Positions 22,799-34,675 are shown, counted from the stretch's first letter. The stretch is DNA of 64,000 bases from an uncultured Nitrososphaeraceae archaeon (GCA_963765895.1 CAVXZB010000084.1:32001-96000); one strand, 5' to 3'. The notes: generated by a model from the sequence alone, not told the origin. Program-made: numbers and translations.

Positions 22799-23458
22799 TC
22801 ATGGTCCATTCCATGTATTTTCTGAGAAACTGCCATAAGTTCCTTCATAGCGAAAGCTAAGGTAACCATCACCCGCAATAAGTTTCTTCATAGATGCCTG
22901 TTCCATTCTGCTTGATTCAAAGGCTTCAGCTATCTCTATAATGGCTCTATGTATTTTGCCTGTTACTGGATTTCTTATAGGTTCAAGCCGTGCTTCTGCA
23001 ATATTTTTTCCTACTTTTACATAACTCCTAATACCACGTGATTGGAACTTTACACTTGCTCTCTTTGGTTCTTGAAAATCTTCTATAGTGCTTGCATATA
23101 GTGCAAAAGGCCCTCCGCCAGCTTTACCTGTAATGATATTTGATAGGGCCTCAAATTGTTCTTCATTTGTTCTACTGTCTATATAGTAGGATGCTTTTCC
23201 ACGACCTTCATGGATAGGACCCGGCCAAGAAGCAATCAATGCCATATTAAACCCATCTAATTTAACTCTCTTACCATTTTCATAACTACCATTTTGTATA
23301 TGGTAACCAGCAACGCCTTCACAATTACCATGAGTAGGTTTAGCGTTAAACTGACAAGGACATCCCCAATCACAATTACACGCATCCAGAAAATAGGCAT
23401 GTATTTCCCATTTTGGTTGTTTTGTTGATACCTTCTTCTTTTGTCGCTTTAGATTCAA
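22799..23458 (-). CDS. DUF1326-family metal-binding protein
   Basis: DACNCDWGCPCQF...PTHGNCEG, WPGPIHEG, GKAGGGP. Confidence 0.85.
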   Translation of the reverse strand: MNLKRQKKKVSTKQPKWEIHAYFLDACNCDWGCPCQFNAKPTHGNCEGVAGYHIQNGSYENGKRVKLDGFNMALIASWPGPIHEGRGKASYYIDSRTNEEQFEALSNIITGKAGGGPFALYASTIEDFQEPKRASVKFQSRGIRSYVKVGKNIAEARLEPIRNPVTGKIHRAIIEIAEAFESSRMEQASMKKLIAGDGYLSFRYEGTYGSFSENTWNGP

Positions 23459-23681
23459 TATATGCTGACTGACTGCAATAAGTGGAGTTTCTATATATGT
23501 ATAACCTTTATCTCAAACTTGTTTTGTTCTCGCTTCTGCTATTGCTAGAATACTGTTTGTCTCCTCGTAGTTAGGCGACCATCATCTATGTTGTTGTCAT
23601 TGCCAGTTGCGTTCAAAGGTAGTCTCTTGTTTTGTTGTTGCTTGCTTGCCTGCTTGCCTCTTATGTAATTCAAGGCGCTTT

Positions 23682-23998
23682 CTATGTTGTAGCATAGGAA
23701 ATTAACTCTAGCTTTACTAAATAAGTATCCTTGAATAGCTCACTTGTCTGCAGCTTTTCCCTATTGTCATCTGAGGTTTCTACTATTTCAAATGCATGCT
23801 TGACTATTTCGTCTAACGCTGTAAGACATATCTGGTATTGCTCAGGTAAGTGTTCTGTAACATATTCATTAACGGACTCTAGCCTGATTACGCAAATACT
23901 GTACATCAGAAGTGATTGAAGTCCTTGATACTTAACTCGAGCTATTTCTCCATGAGTCATAGCTCTGGCTCTCAACTCTATTACCTTTGAAAGACCTG
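23682..23998 (-). pseudogene. HTH-containing helical protein remnant (possible terminase small subunit), fused to an unrelated membrane-protein N-terminus (23999-24170)
   Basis: SKVIELRARAMTHGEIAR..., EYVTEHLPEQYQICL; abrupt junction near 23998. Confidence 0.5.
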
Positions 23999-24348
23999 TA
24001 GTTTGTGTATCAATTGACAGACTTTGTATTTGCTTCTTTGAGAAAAAAAGTGTCAATACCATAGTTCCTACTATTCCAACTGTTTGTGCTATACTCAGCG
24101 TGTCAGAAAATCCTATTATAATACCTTCAACCATTAAGTAGGATCGTAAAAAAATTAATATAATAACCATTAGTGACGTAGCGAAGATTATATTGCTATA
24201 CTTATACCATAATCATAATCATCAAAACCCCTTTTTCAGAAAATGTGGTTAGTTATTGCTACTCGAGATAACAATATAAAAATTGTGTGTCTGAAATGAG
24301 CAGACTTAATTTGCTTAGATATATACTCTTGCAGTCTATACTTGACTT

Positions 24349-25455
24349 ATGACTATGAAGCTTTTGATAGCTATGCAAGACTCGGTTCTAACACTTGAAT
24401 CCTCAAAAACAAAAACTAATTGGAAGATACATGAATGCCTAAAAGGAACTCATCCTCAATGCATATCCTTTGATCCTAGTAAACCAAACCGTATGTATTG
24501 TGGCACGTTTGGAAATGGGTTGTGGAAGACAGATGATTACGGAGAAACTTGGGGCAATGTTGGAATCGATAGTATATCTAGTAAAGATGTAACATCAGTT
24601 TCAGTCAGCCACCATAATCTAGAAAGAGCAAAGAACAACAACAATGAAGCGTTCAATACGGTATATGTGGGAACTGAACCTGCTGCATTTTATAGATCCG
24701 ATGGCAGAGCTGAATCTTGGGAGAAAATGATCTCCCTTAATAATTTGAAATCTTCGACATCATGGAGCTTTCCTCCAAGGCCACGGACTTCTCATGTGCG
24801 ATGGATTGAACCAGATAAAACTAAGCCTGGTTACGTCTATGCAGCTATAGAAGCTGGAGCGCTAGTCCAAAGTCATGATGGTGGCAAGACGTGGATAGAT
24901 AAAGTAGAAGGAGGACCATGCGATACTCATACTCTTAGCACTCACAAAAATATGCCTGGATGGTTATATTCTGCCGCAGGCGATGGATATTTTGAAAGCC
25001 ATGATTATGGACAAACCTGGAAAAGATTAGTGGTAGGACTTGGTGATTACGATTATCTAGTTGGTCTAGCAGTTGATTCAGGTGATCCTAAAACTGTTAT
25101 CGTATCTGCCTCCAAAGGGCCATATCAAGCTCATTCCCGTGAAGATCCGGAATCAACGATTTATAGAAAGACTTCATCTACTAAGGATGCTTCTGATGAT
25201 GATAATAATAACAGTAATGATGATAGGTGGAAGGCTGTATCGAATGGCCTTCCTGAACCACGTGGAATAATCATATCAATTCTTGCGGCAAATCCAAAGG
25301 TTTCAGGAGAGTTCTACGCTGTCAATAATCGTGGCATATTCTGTTCTACTGATTCAGGTATTTCATGGAAGATGCTTAATGAAGGTATTGAATGGCCCAA
25401 GGAGTATCTTACACAACATCCTTTTGCTCTAGCAGTTATCGACATAAATAGCTGA
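24349..25455 (+). CDS. BNR/Asp-box beta-propeller (glycosyl-hydrolase-like) protein
   Basis: Repeated S.DGG.TW Asp boxes; YVGTEPA, WSFPPRP.TSHVRWI. Confidence 0.85.
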   Translation: MTMKLLIAMQDSVLTLESSKTKTNWKIHECLKGTHPQCISFDPSKPNRMYCGTFGNGLWKTDDYGETWGNVGIDSISSKDVTSVSVSHHNLERAKNNNNEAFNTVYVGTEPAAFYRSDGRAESWEKMISLNNLKSSTSWSFPPRPRTSHVRWIEPDKTKPGYVYAAIEAGALVQSHDGGKTWIDKVEGGPCDTHTLSTHKNMPGWLYSAAGDGYFESHDYGQTWKRLVVGLGDYDYLVGLAVDSGDPKTVIVSASKGPYQAHSREDPESTIYRKTSSTKDASDDDNNNSNDDRWKAVSNGLPEPRGIIISILAANPKVSGEFYAVNNRGIFCSTDSGISWKMLNEGIEWPKEYLTQHPFALAVIDINS

Positions 25456-25717
25456 CTGGGGGCAGCTGAGCTAGCCAAGATAATGTCAAATGCTTACTCC
25501 GATTAATTAATATTTTTATGTATTGAATATGAAAGATTTAAACCATATTGCCGCACCATTCCAATTCAATATTCAGATGAGCTTTTATGAGGTTTCATGA
25601 TATGAATACTAAAAGTAATTATTGATATAATTATTTGTATTCAATACAAGAATTGGGACTTTGGGTCATAAAGGTGAACCAAATAAAAAAGTCAAACAAA
25701 AGTTCTTAGAGTGTACT

Positions 25718-26347
25718 TCACATATAGTCCCTAGTCCCTCTTCTCCATTTCCAAGTGATTGATATATTTGCCGACGATATATCAGAGCTTGTCAAATTTC
25801 TATATGCCAAGAAACCGAAAATTGTAAGATTGTTAGATTTACCTGAACCATTTCCACCAACAAAGAACAGATAGTGAGTCAATCCTATCTTGTCTTGAAA
25901 ATATGTAAAAAATAGTATCAGCTGTGCATATAGAAATGTGGAAATCGTCAACATCAACATATTTCTTCCATATTGACTTCGCCCTTTTGTATAGCGTCAA
26001 GTGTTTCGTTCCTAGCTATTTCAACTAATCGATCAAATTCCTCTTTTGATTTGAGGGTGTATGATTTATTAATATATGACCTAGCATCAGGAGGTTTGAT
26101 CAATCCATCAGAATTTGTATCCAGCGATATAGATTCGTGCAATATAATTGATACTCCACCTAGATTGCCAAATTGCCCAGATATAATTACAGCAAAATAG
26201 GGTTTATTGCCTATAATTATTGCCTCAGCTGAGTACTCCTCCGTTTGCATATCTCTGAACAAATTCTACCTTGCCAGCGTTTTTCTTTCCAGCTTTACCG
26301 TTATGATTGTTACTGTTATAGTTACTAGTTGTTCCTTCTAATGTCAT
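25718..26347 (-). pseudogene. P-loop ATPase remnant (putative element replication protein)
   Basis: YLFFVGGNGSGKSNNL Walker A; several frameshifts. Confidence 0.6.
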
Positions 26348-26373
26348 TATGGATCAAACCTCCCTGTAACTTT

Positions 26374-26730
26374 TTACAAAAGAGATAATTCTAACTCTTC
26401 TTTCCCATGTTTTCCTCTGAGAATGAAGATAGCTCCTTTAGAGTCCAATTTTATATCTAAATTAGTAAGTCTCAAAAACTCTTCAGGACAAGCGCCACTC
26501 TCATACATACATGTCAAGAATGCCCTCTTTTGAAGTGTAGGAGCATCTTCTATTAGTTGTTTAACTTCCTCTTCTTCAAGAAATTCTGCAATATCAATAT
26601 TCATATCCTTACTACGTCTTTCTTTGCCTACATTTACTGAGAACCATTTAACTTACTCTGGATAGTATTCGTTATTTCCGTATGAGATCTTGTAGAAAAA
26701 CTTTAGGATTTTTCTAAGTAGTGATAACGA
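26374..26730 (-). pseudogene. Tyrosine recombinase/integrase fragment
   Basis: FLEEEEVKQLI...RAFLTCMYESGACPEEFLRL...ILRGK (catalytic Arg reads Cys). Confidence 0.75.
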
Positions 26731-26749
26731 CAATAAGATGTAGTTACCT

Positions 26750-27409
26750 CTGCAAATTGCAGAAAATATTGGTTATGATGCTAACGATTTGAATTCCATT
26801 CCGCAATCTTCCATTCTTGGTGTAGGCTGTGGTGCTCCTATAAAATTTGCAAATATCCAGGAAGGAGAAGTAGTCATTGATATAGGTTCTGGTGGAGGAA
26901 TTGATGTATTCTTGTCGGCAAATAAAGTCAAACAATGTGGGAAAGTGATTGGTATTGGTATTGATATGACAGACCAAATGTTAGAAAAGGCTGCAGAACA
27001 TGCGAAAGAGAATAGATATACAAATGTGGAATTCAAAAAAGGAGATATAGAAAAAGGGATTCCAGTTAACGATAACGCTGCAGATGTAGTCATCAGCAAT
27101 TGTGTTATTAATCTAACGATAGATAAGGTAGTCGCATTCAAGGAAATTTACAGGATCCTTAGAAGTAATCGTGGGAGAATGGTGATATCAGATCTTGTTA
27201 CAAGTAAGGAAGTCAGCCCAGAATCGACTGATTCGGATAAATGGTGTAGTTGTACAGATGGTGCATTAACAAAAGAACACTATCTTGATAGTATTAGAGA
27301 GGCCAGATTTTCTAATGTAGAAATATTGGAAGAGAAATTGTATATGGATGGCGAGAATGCAGAAGGCAGAAGAATAACTAGTCTGGTGATAAAGGCGATA
27401 AAGGAGTAG
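26750..27409 (+). CDS. arsM: Arsenite methyltransferase-like SAM methyltransferase, 5'-truncated
   Basis: LGVGCGAP, DIGSGGGIDVF, ISNCVINL, WCSC.DGA. Confidence 0.75.
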   Translation: MQIAENIGYDANDLNSIPQSSILGVGCGAPIKFANIQEGEVVIDIGSGGGIDVFLSANKVKQCGKVIGIGIDMTDQMLEKAAEHAKENRYTNVEFKKGDIEKGIPVNDNAADVVISNCVINLTIDKVVAFKEIYRILRSNRGRMVISDLVTSKEVSPESTDSDKWCSCTDGALTKEHYLDSIREARFSNVEILEEKLYMDGENAEGRRITSLVIKAIKE

Positions 27410-27434
27410 CATTTACAAGAGAGAGTTCGAAAGT

Positions 27435-27881
27435 ATGAAATTTTCATTTGGTGTTAATAAATCAAGGACTAAGAGTACAATTCTATTTGTATGTATACAA
27501 AATGCCGGCCGTAGTCAGATAGCTGAAGGATTCTTTAGACACTATGCTCCCGAAGGCTATGAACCGATAAGCGCAGGAACCAGACCAACTTCAGAAATAA
27601 ACCCACTTGCAATACAAACAATGAAAGAAGTCGGAATAGACATTAGCAAATAGAGACCTAAGGACATAGCCGAAGATATGATGAGAAACTCTACCAAGAT
27701 CGTGAACATGGGATGTATGGACAAGGTTTGGTGTCCTGCAACTTTTCTTCACAATCTTAAAGACTGGTGAATAGAAGACCCTAGGTGCAAGCCAATAGAA
27801 AAAGTCAGAGAGATCAGGGATGAGATTGAACAAAGAGTAAAAGAATTGACTGCAAGTCTGAGTATAGACGCAAATCAATAG
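27435..27881 (+). pseudogene. arsC: Arsenate reductase (LMW-PTP type) with two in-frame stops
   Basis: FVCIQNAGRSQIAEG; TAG 27651-53, TGA 27768-70; IEDP..KPIEKVREIRDEI. Confidence 0.85.
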
Positions 27882-28053
27882 ATCCTTATCTTCATTATCA
27901 ATGGGTTAGACCAGACTGACTTATGGGATGATTAACTGTGCGATTCAGATTGGAACAGAAAACCTTACTTACAAAGATAACTAGCAAACTAACTCCCAAT
28001 CAAAAAAGTTTTTATGCATAGAATAAGATATAGCAATTTCATCTTATACAACT

Positions 28054-28609
28054 ATGGATTTTGATGAAGTTGTAAAAAGGAGAAAGATGATAAGGGAGTA
28101 CCGATTCAGATAGGCAACAAATTCCAGCTCGAATAATTACAAAGCTGATTAGAAACGCCCATAGAGCGCCAAGTGCTGGTCATACACAAGTTCAGGAATT
28201 TATAATAGTAAAAGATGCTTCAACAAAAAAGAAGTTAAGGAAGGCAGCTGTAGATCAAGGGTATGTAGAACAAGCTCCTCTATTAATTGTAGTATGTTCT
28301 AATACTTCTCGCTCAGCAGGTCGTTATGGTAGTCGTGGAAGAGAATTCTATAGCATAATAGATGGTGCATTTGCTTCTATGCTTATTTTGCTTTCAGCTG
28401 TAAATGAAGGAATTGGTGCTTGTTTTGTAGGAGCATTTCAGGACAACAAAGTATCAGAAATACTTGAATTACCAAAGGACGTCAGACCCATAGGTATTAT
28501 CTGTATAGGCTATCCTGCAGAAAAACCTAAAAAGCTTGAAAGAATCGATCTTAAGGCACTAGTTCACTATGAAAAATATGGTCGTGGTGATAATGGAGTA
28601 TTGCAATGA
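28054..28609 (+). CDS. Nitroreductase family protein (apparent frameshift near 28100)
   Basis: MDFDEVVKRRKMIREY, RAPSAGHTQ, EGIGACFVGAF, IGYPAE. Confidence 0.8.
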
Positions 28610-28718
28610 ATTTACTTAGGATATCAAATTCAAATGAAGAAAATGCCCTAACTCTGGTGTAATATAGTGTTGGCAGCAGTAAGTAATAGATCCTCGAGAG
28701 ATTGATACTTGTGAACAA

Positions 28719-29267
28719 TTATGCTAAATGACCTTTACATACATTACAAAATCGGATTGCCTTGAAATCAGTATCAGATAATGAATCGCTAAAATGCATA
28801 ACACATTTTATATTTTTGCAATGGCCTAAACCAAAAGAATGTCCTAATTCATGAACTGCTTCCTTAACTAGTCTTTGATAGAAGACAGATTCATTTGGTC
28901 TTAATCCATAGAATTCCTGTCTTAATCTTGAAAGATAAATTGCCGATACACTACCATCTACATACGCTTCTCCGAATACAAAATTCAGCTCATCAGAATA
29001 TGCATCAAAATCACATATAGCAAGCAATCTAGATGATTTAGAGGATGGTTTGAAGATGTTTGAAAGCCATTGTAAAATATCATTTGATTTCCATTGCTTT
29101 CTTTGCTTATCAAATAATTCAACAGGAATTTCCTTTATTGGTGATGCTCTAACAATAGAAGAAGCAGTAAACTCTTCTGAGATAACCTTTTCTAATGAAA
29201 ATAGAACGTCTTCTTTATCTGGCTGAAATAAAACTGGTTGAAGGATGATTTGCATTACTCTTATCAT
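28719..29267 (-). CDS. amzA: Archaemetzincin (peptidase M54)
   Basis: HELGHSFGLGHC..CVMHFS...FCNVC. Confidence 0.9.
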   Translation of the reverse strand: MIRVMQIILQPVLFQPDKEDVLFSLEKVISEEFTASSIVRASPIKEIPVELFDKQRKQWKSNDILQWLSNIFKPSSKSSRLLAICDFDAYSDELNFVFGEAYVDGSVSAIYLSRLRQEFYGLRPNESVFYQRLVKEAVHELGHSFGLGHCKNIKCVMHFSDSLSDTDFKAIRFCNVCKGHLA

Positions 29268-29462
29268 TAGATTAACATTTGTTTATTTCAGTAATTCCAT
29301 AAAATTTGGATCCATATAATCAGTCAACCATGCTGAATATGAAGCTCGATAAAATGGATAAACTCTATTCCATGCTTCAATTGCAGAAAGAGAGAATATA
29401 TAAAAAAAGTACTGGCGATTAGATCTTCATAAAGCTCTATTTATATTCTTATTCATGTATAG

Positions 29463-29711
29463 TTAATGACTGTAGTTTTTCGTAGCCCACCAATCATTAC
29501 TATATTCGCTTAGTAAATGTTCTATTATATCACGCAAAAGTGCAGATGAAGTGAAACATTCAGATAGTCCGCTTTCAAATAGATATTCAACCAATAAATT
29601 GAATCTATTGTGGAGGTCTACTGATACTTTGGTAGAGATTACTTTATTCTGCCGGCGAACTACACGAGTATTATCATCCCAACATGAATTGTCGAATGTA
29701 GTAGCCAACAA
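29463..29711 (-). CDS. Small hypothetical protein, RHH-like
   Basis: VISTKVSVDLHNRF...TSSALLRDIIEHLL pattern. Confidence 0.45.
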   Translation of the reverse strand: MLATTFDNSCWDDNTRVVRRQNKVISTKVSVDLHNRFNLLVEYLFESGLSECFTSSALLRDIIEHLLSEYSNDWWATKNYSH

Positions 29712-30186
29712 TAGGTCTACCCAAGATCAAAGCTATAAGTTTTTACTAAATTCGATTTAACATTCGTTTTGTTGGTAGACTCACTGAGATACTTCAGTAA
29801 TAGTGTGTAGCGTAATTAGATACTCACTACTCGCTAAGATTATAACGTCTAGATAGACCTGTGCAATCTAATCTGGTACACCAAAGATTAGATGAGATTT
29901 AACAGATTATCATCTGCAACGTGGTACCACACCTCACCTTATGTTTTAACTATGTTCGCTATTGCAAATGTATTAATTTAGATATTGTTGAGACACAATT
30001 AGCGGTCTGCTGGTAGACCAATATGTTGATATTGCATTATACAGGAGTTACGATATTTTGGATTCGGTACCATTAGAGTGACTTTCGCATGCTATACCAT
30101 CATTTCCTACTGTAAATGAAGTTTGGATAAGCTTACTTGAAAACTATGGATTTTGATACTCATGTAGGAAAGTATTTTTTAGTAGA

Positions 30187-30558
30187 CTATTTACTAGTTA
30201 ATACTGCGTCTCCTCTTTGTTTAGTTCCTATTTCACGTGCATCAGAAACATCCTTGACAAATATCATACCATGTGCCTCGTTTCCAGTATGCTGGCTAAG
30301 ACTTTCTGATACATCATCAACAATCTGATTCGCTGTGGAGTCAGGTACAATTGTCTCAACCTTAATTCGCTTTGCATACTTAGTGGTGATTGTTTTTCCT
30401 GTCATATAGAAGTTTACTATTTCTGGTATAGTGTCTCGTTTTGTTCTACCAGCACCATTTATTTCATAGAATGTTATGCCGCCGACATTATGTTTTCTCA
30501 GAATTTCAGTAACTTGCGCAAGGTCATCTGTAAGAATAAAGATGGATATTTCTTTCAT
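30187..30558 (-). CDS. P-II family nitrogen regulatory protein (divergent)
   Basis: VGGITFYEINGAGR, KVETIV, GMIFVKDV..A.EIGTKQRG. Confidence 0.85.
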   Translation of the reverse strand: MKEISIFILTDDLAQVTEILRKHNVGGITFYEINGAGRTKRDTIPEIVNFYMTGKTITTKYAKRIKVETIVPDSTANQIVDDVSESLSQHTGNEAHGMIFVKDVSDAREIGTKQRGDAVLTSK

Positions 30559-30701
30559 GTTTAACCATAGTTGTACTCTAAAATAACCCTTTCGTAGTTA
30601 ATCTTTAAAATATTTTATAGCAAAGTCACAAGTTACGGTAATTCCTTGCAAAAAGTGTCTTTTATCTTATTATCTAGCCTTTCTTATCTACATATAAACA
30701 A

Positions 30702-30927
30702 ATGAATAGGTTAACTATGATAGTCGCGGTGATGATAGCAATACTAGGATTAGTAGTAGGATCGCCGGTAGGCAACGTGAATGCAAAGAAACATACACAG
30801 TGTTTCCTAGATGGTCAAGTCGACGGCAAAGGGCCTAAAGCATTTGACGCTGGTAGATTCACACATTGTGGCAAAAACTCAAGATGGTTTTCTAAAGGGC
30901 TGTAGGATTAAAGGTAATGATGTATAA
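30702..30927 (+). CDS. Small secreted Cys-containing peptide (frameshift near 30875)
   Basis: Signal peptide + VNAKKHTQCFLDG...HCG / QDGFLKGC; paralogue at ~51105. Confidence 0.6.
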
Positions 30928-31117
30928 GGATTAAAAAGTACCAATATTAAGTAACATCGGAATATGGCTAATACTAATCTCTTATTATAAGTATTAAGCA
31001 GGCCACATGAGGAGATAAGTGCATCAGACAAATAGTGTAAAACATGAGAAAATACATATCTGATCTTAGAACCATGTTGCAGAAATCGTCAGGAATTCCA
31101 CTCAGAGTTGAATTTGA

Positions 31118-31399
31118 TTGAGTACAATCTTACTATCTGGTAACAAGAAGAAGAAGAAAGAACAAAATCTTATGTTGATACTAATGTTTGTAGGAGTGGT
31201 AGCAATTGCAGTTCTCATCCCGCTAATTAGCGTTGTAGGGCTTTCTACTATGAATGTTAAATCCTCATCTCAATCGAGTTTAGCTGATATATGTAAAGGA
31301 AATGTATTAAAATATGAACAACTAGGCTACTATAAAGGCGGAGCAGCACAATTCAATGCAGTTATGGCTACCTGTGCTTTTGGTAGTAGTAGCATTTGA
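31118..31399 (+). CDS. Small membrane-anchored protein
   Basis: Basic N-terminus, one TM, two Cys. Confidence 0.5.
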   Translation: MSTILLSGNKKKKKEQNLMLILMFVGVVAIAVLIPLISVVGLSTMNVKSSSQSSLADICKGNVLKYEQLGYYKGGAAQFNAVMATCAFGSSSI

Positions 31400-32163
31400 T
31401 GATAATCCATAGGAATATGGGTTTCTCTTTGATTTTACCTTTTACCTCAGTTGCGTTTGTGATGATGATATTTGTGTTAATAATAATAATAATAGTGACC
31501 GGTGCAACACTATATGTCCAAGCAAAATCAAATACAACTCCTACCACCACTGTCCCTCATGTAACTATAGCTTTTGTAGGTAATACTTCCCCCATCGCCG
31601 GTATAGATCATGTATCCGTTGCCGGTATCGCTACCTGTAATGCAGCAAGTAGTAGTATGAATACCGAACAGAAAATAGTAACCGTATACTGGGGCGATGG
31701 AACTAGTAGCCAGTCCAAAATAACTAGAATTTCTTCATCTAGTGATGGTAAATGGGGTCCTTTATACCATAAATATGATTCTATATCTGCCTCTAATTAT
31801 TATACAATGGTTGCTGCATCGGACGTCTTATCATCTTCGTCATCCAATAAAGGAATTGTACAAATAAAGAGTGAACCATACCTTATTAATGTCCAGAAAG
31901 GCCCGATAACAGGATATGCATCTGATTCACTAAGAAATAATATTGGTTTTGTGCCCAAAAATAATGAACTGTTAATTAACCCCATTCAATTAAGCAACAT
32001 TATAGCTTTGTCTATAGTTGGATCTGTCACCGTATTCAGTTTATGTATGGTCAGACATATGAGGAGTAGTAGTCAGAAGAAGATGATACCCACTATAGAT
32101 GCCTATAGGGATGAGAAGCAAAATCATTACACTAACACACGTTCTTTTGGCAAATCTAATTAA
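31396..32163 (+). CDS. Membrane protein with PKD-like extracellular domain
   Basis: N- and C-terminal TM; VTVYWGDGT...HKY motif. Confidence 0.6.
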   Translation: MMIIHRNMGFSLILPFTSVAFVMMIFVLIIIIIVTGATLYVQAKSNTTPTTTVPHVTIAFVGNTSPIAGIDHVSVAGIATCNAASSSMNTEQKIVTVYWGDGTSSQSKITRISSSSDGKWGPLYHKYDSISASNYYTMVAASDVLSSSSSNKGIVQIKSEPYLINVQKGPITGYASDSLRNNIGFVPKNNELLINPIQLSNIIALSIVGSVTVFSLCMVRHMRSSSQKKMIPTIDAYRDEKQNHYTNTRSFGKSN

Positions 32164-32202
32164 AGCGATAGATGAAACCTCTGATAAAATATTTTTTTGT
32201 TT

Positions 32203-32372
32203 CTCTCGACTTTGATTAGCCACTCTTCTTCTGGCTCTTGGTTGCTAGGTAGAATCAAGGGTGTTAACACACTTCACTTCCCTTATCAGTTCCTTCTTTT
32301 AAAATGATTCAAGATATATTTGGTATGCTCCTTTCAGAATCAAGTAGAATGACCCAGCTGCATTTCGTCGGC
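32203..32372. repeat. ~170-bp direct repeat, copy 1
   Basis: Near-identical to 37772-37942. Confidence 0.9.
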
Positions 32373-32776
32373 TTCCTGACAAATAGTGAATAGTATACGC
32401 TCAGAATACTGATATTTATTGAAGTCATACCAAGCAAGCGAGAACAATATAACTAGAAGGCCTATATGCAGCTAGATCTAAGATTGCTAAATAATCTATG
32501 GCGTATGTATATTTGTTCGCCGGCAATTTGTGCTATCTTTTACTTACCAGTTTGCCAGTGATCTCTTACACCATCATAATCTTTATTTGGAAATGGAGCC
32601 AACACCAGCGATACCAAGAACTTACTAGCAGCCGGAAAGATTGAATATGCCAATATTCCCTAGACCATGTTATAATAATTCATCACTTTAAAAACTAAAA
32701 TCTGTTACTTATAAAGTGATAAATCACTACTGTTTGCATCGTCCTTCGCACACATAAACTATCGTATAATATCATA

Positions 32777-33345
32777 GGCTCTGTTCACTTAAGCGGTTTT
32801 AGCTCCTTGTTATGATAATCAATAAATAAATTCATCCAATTTTTTACATGTTCTAGTTTGCAATTCGAGGAAAATAGTCATCAAAACATTCTGTTCTATC
32901 CTTTACATACTGTATTGTCCTTTCAATCAGACTTTTCTCTCATGAGGAATGAATATGGTGTCTTAGCTTTAGGTATCTACAGGCTTGTGGATACCATGTA
33001 CCTCCATCTGTGGAAACTGGATGTTTTCCATGAACCTTCGCTAAATCTGAAATAAACCTCTCTGCAATGAGCATGTTTCTTTCCTTTGATATAGATAGTG
33101 TTAGAATATTCCTGTTTTCTGGCTCAATAGCAACCCAGAGCCAGACATATTCTGAACCAACTTTAAGCAATGTTTCATCAACTATGTATTCTGATATCCT
33201 TTTGCTTTTTGATGATATCTTTATGGGATGATACTTTTGTATCCAATTCCATATTGTTACATGGTTTCGTTTGATGTAATAAGACAATCGTTGAGCCGTT
33301 CTTCTAAGCGATAAGCCTGAAAAATACAAATACATACCACAACAT
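32777..33345 (-). mobile_element. IS6-family element remnant (transposase pseudogene, one TIR)
   Basis: IVDETLLKV...WLWVAIEP, VSTDGGTWYPQAC, stop at 32940-42 then EKSLIERTIQ; TIR-like GGCTCTGTTCACTTAA at 32777. Confidence 0.85.
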
Positions 33346-33364
33346 AAGGCGAGTCGGAAAGGAC

Positions 33365-34141
33365 ATGGAGCATGATAGGCTACTAAAGGAAATTAGAATC
33401 ATTGATAAGTGGTGCAATTATGGAGCTAATAATGGATTATTTTATAAAAAGCTTAATCGTAATTATAATGATAAATTAGATAGAGCAGACGAGAATGGTA
33501 GCATTGATAAGAAACAGAGCGATCCGGAGGTAGACAGAGAAAAACTCTATGAATAGATTCACGAAGAGTTGAGACAAGCACAAGATACCCTTAATGATGG
33601 CAAGTATTCGGATAGTATGGTGTGCGTAGCCAGGGCACGGATATCATATCTGAAAGTATTGTTTTCTAAATCTTGGAAGTGGCGCTTTGTCAATATGTAT
33701 GCTGGCCCAATATGGATCTACCTTACTAGTTTTCTAGTTTCGGTCTTAGCATTTTACATTTATTCCTTTGATAACATTATCAGTAAAACTGGAATCGAGC
33801 ATGCCGCAATAAATGCAGTCACATGGGGTTGTGTTGGAGGGATATTAAGGGGATTATGGTATCTAAAAGATAAGGTTAGTGAAAGAGAATACAAGAATTC
33901 CTGGTGGACCTTTTTTGTATCTGTTCTCTTTCTTGGAGGTATATTCGGTGCTATAGTGTATCTTATTATAATTGCCGGTATATGGAGTTTAGGCGTAGGA
34001 AGTACCTCTCAGGGACCACCTGATATAAATAGACCAGCAGTAATTATTCCAATTACAGCTTTAGCTGGATTTAATTGGGAATGGGCAGTTAAACTATTTA
34101 GACGAATTGGTGATCTTATTACATCTGAACAAACGAAATGA
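33365..34141 (+). pseudogene. Four-TM membrane protein split by one in-frame TAG
   Basis: 33365-33556 and 33569-34141 share a frame; TAG at 33554-56. Confidence 0.65.
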
Positions 34142-34675
34142 TGTGGTATCAATCTCTAACTCTAAACTGTGTCACTGTAAAAACTCTAATGTAGCGCAGC
34201 AAAAAAGAGACTTTGATGCTTCAGAAGCGATGCCTAATTCATGATGCATTTGAATGACTATATCTACTTAGTTAGGACGGCTGTGCACGCTCTTATGACT
34301 AATTATACAAATGAAGCTGCATCATCAAAAGCCTATGTATATCAATTCACAATCTAACATCTGAAATACTGCTTTAAAAATATGTTTAATCTGATATGCT
34401 CCATACTGTATCATAGAATAACTCTTTCCGGGATGACTTACCGAATGATATGAGTTCGATATTGTTCCTTAGTTGTTCCTTAGAATTAATAAAGCAATTT
34501 TGCTCCCATAATTCAAAGCAATCTGAGTTTTAACTGCGATAAAATTCAACTGCATATGCATGCTTAAACTTGATATCTCGATAAATCTAGTTTTGAAAAT
34601 GAACAAGTCTATCACCTTTAGTGGGTCCCAAAGCTGCTCAGAATAGGTGGAGATACACCATCATACTGTATTCAA

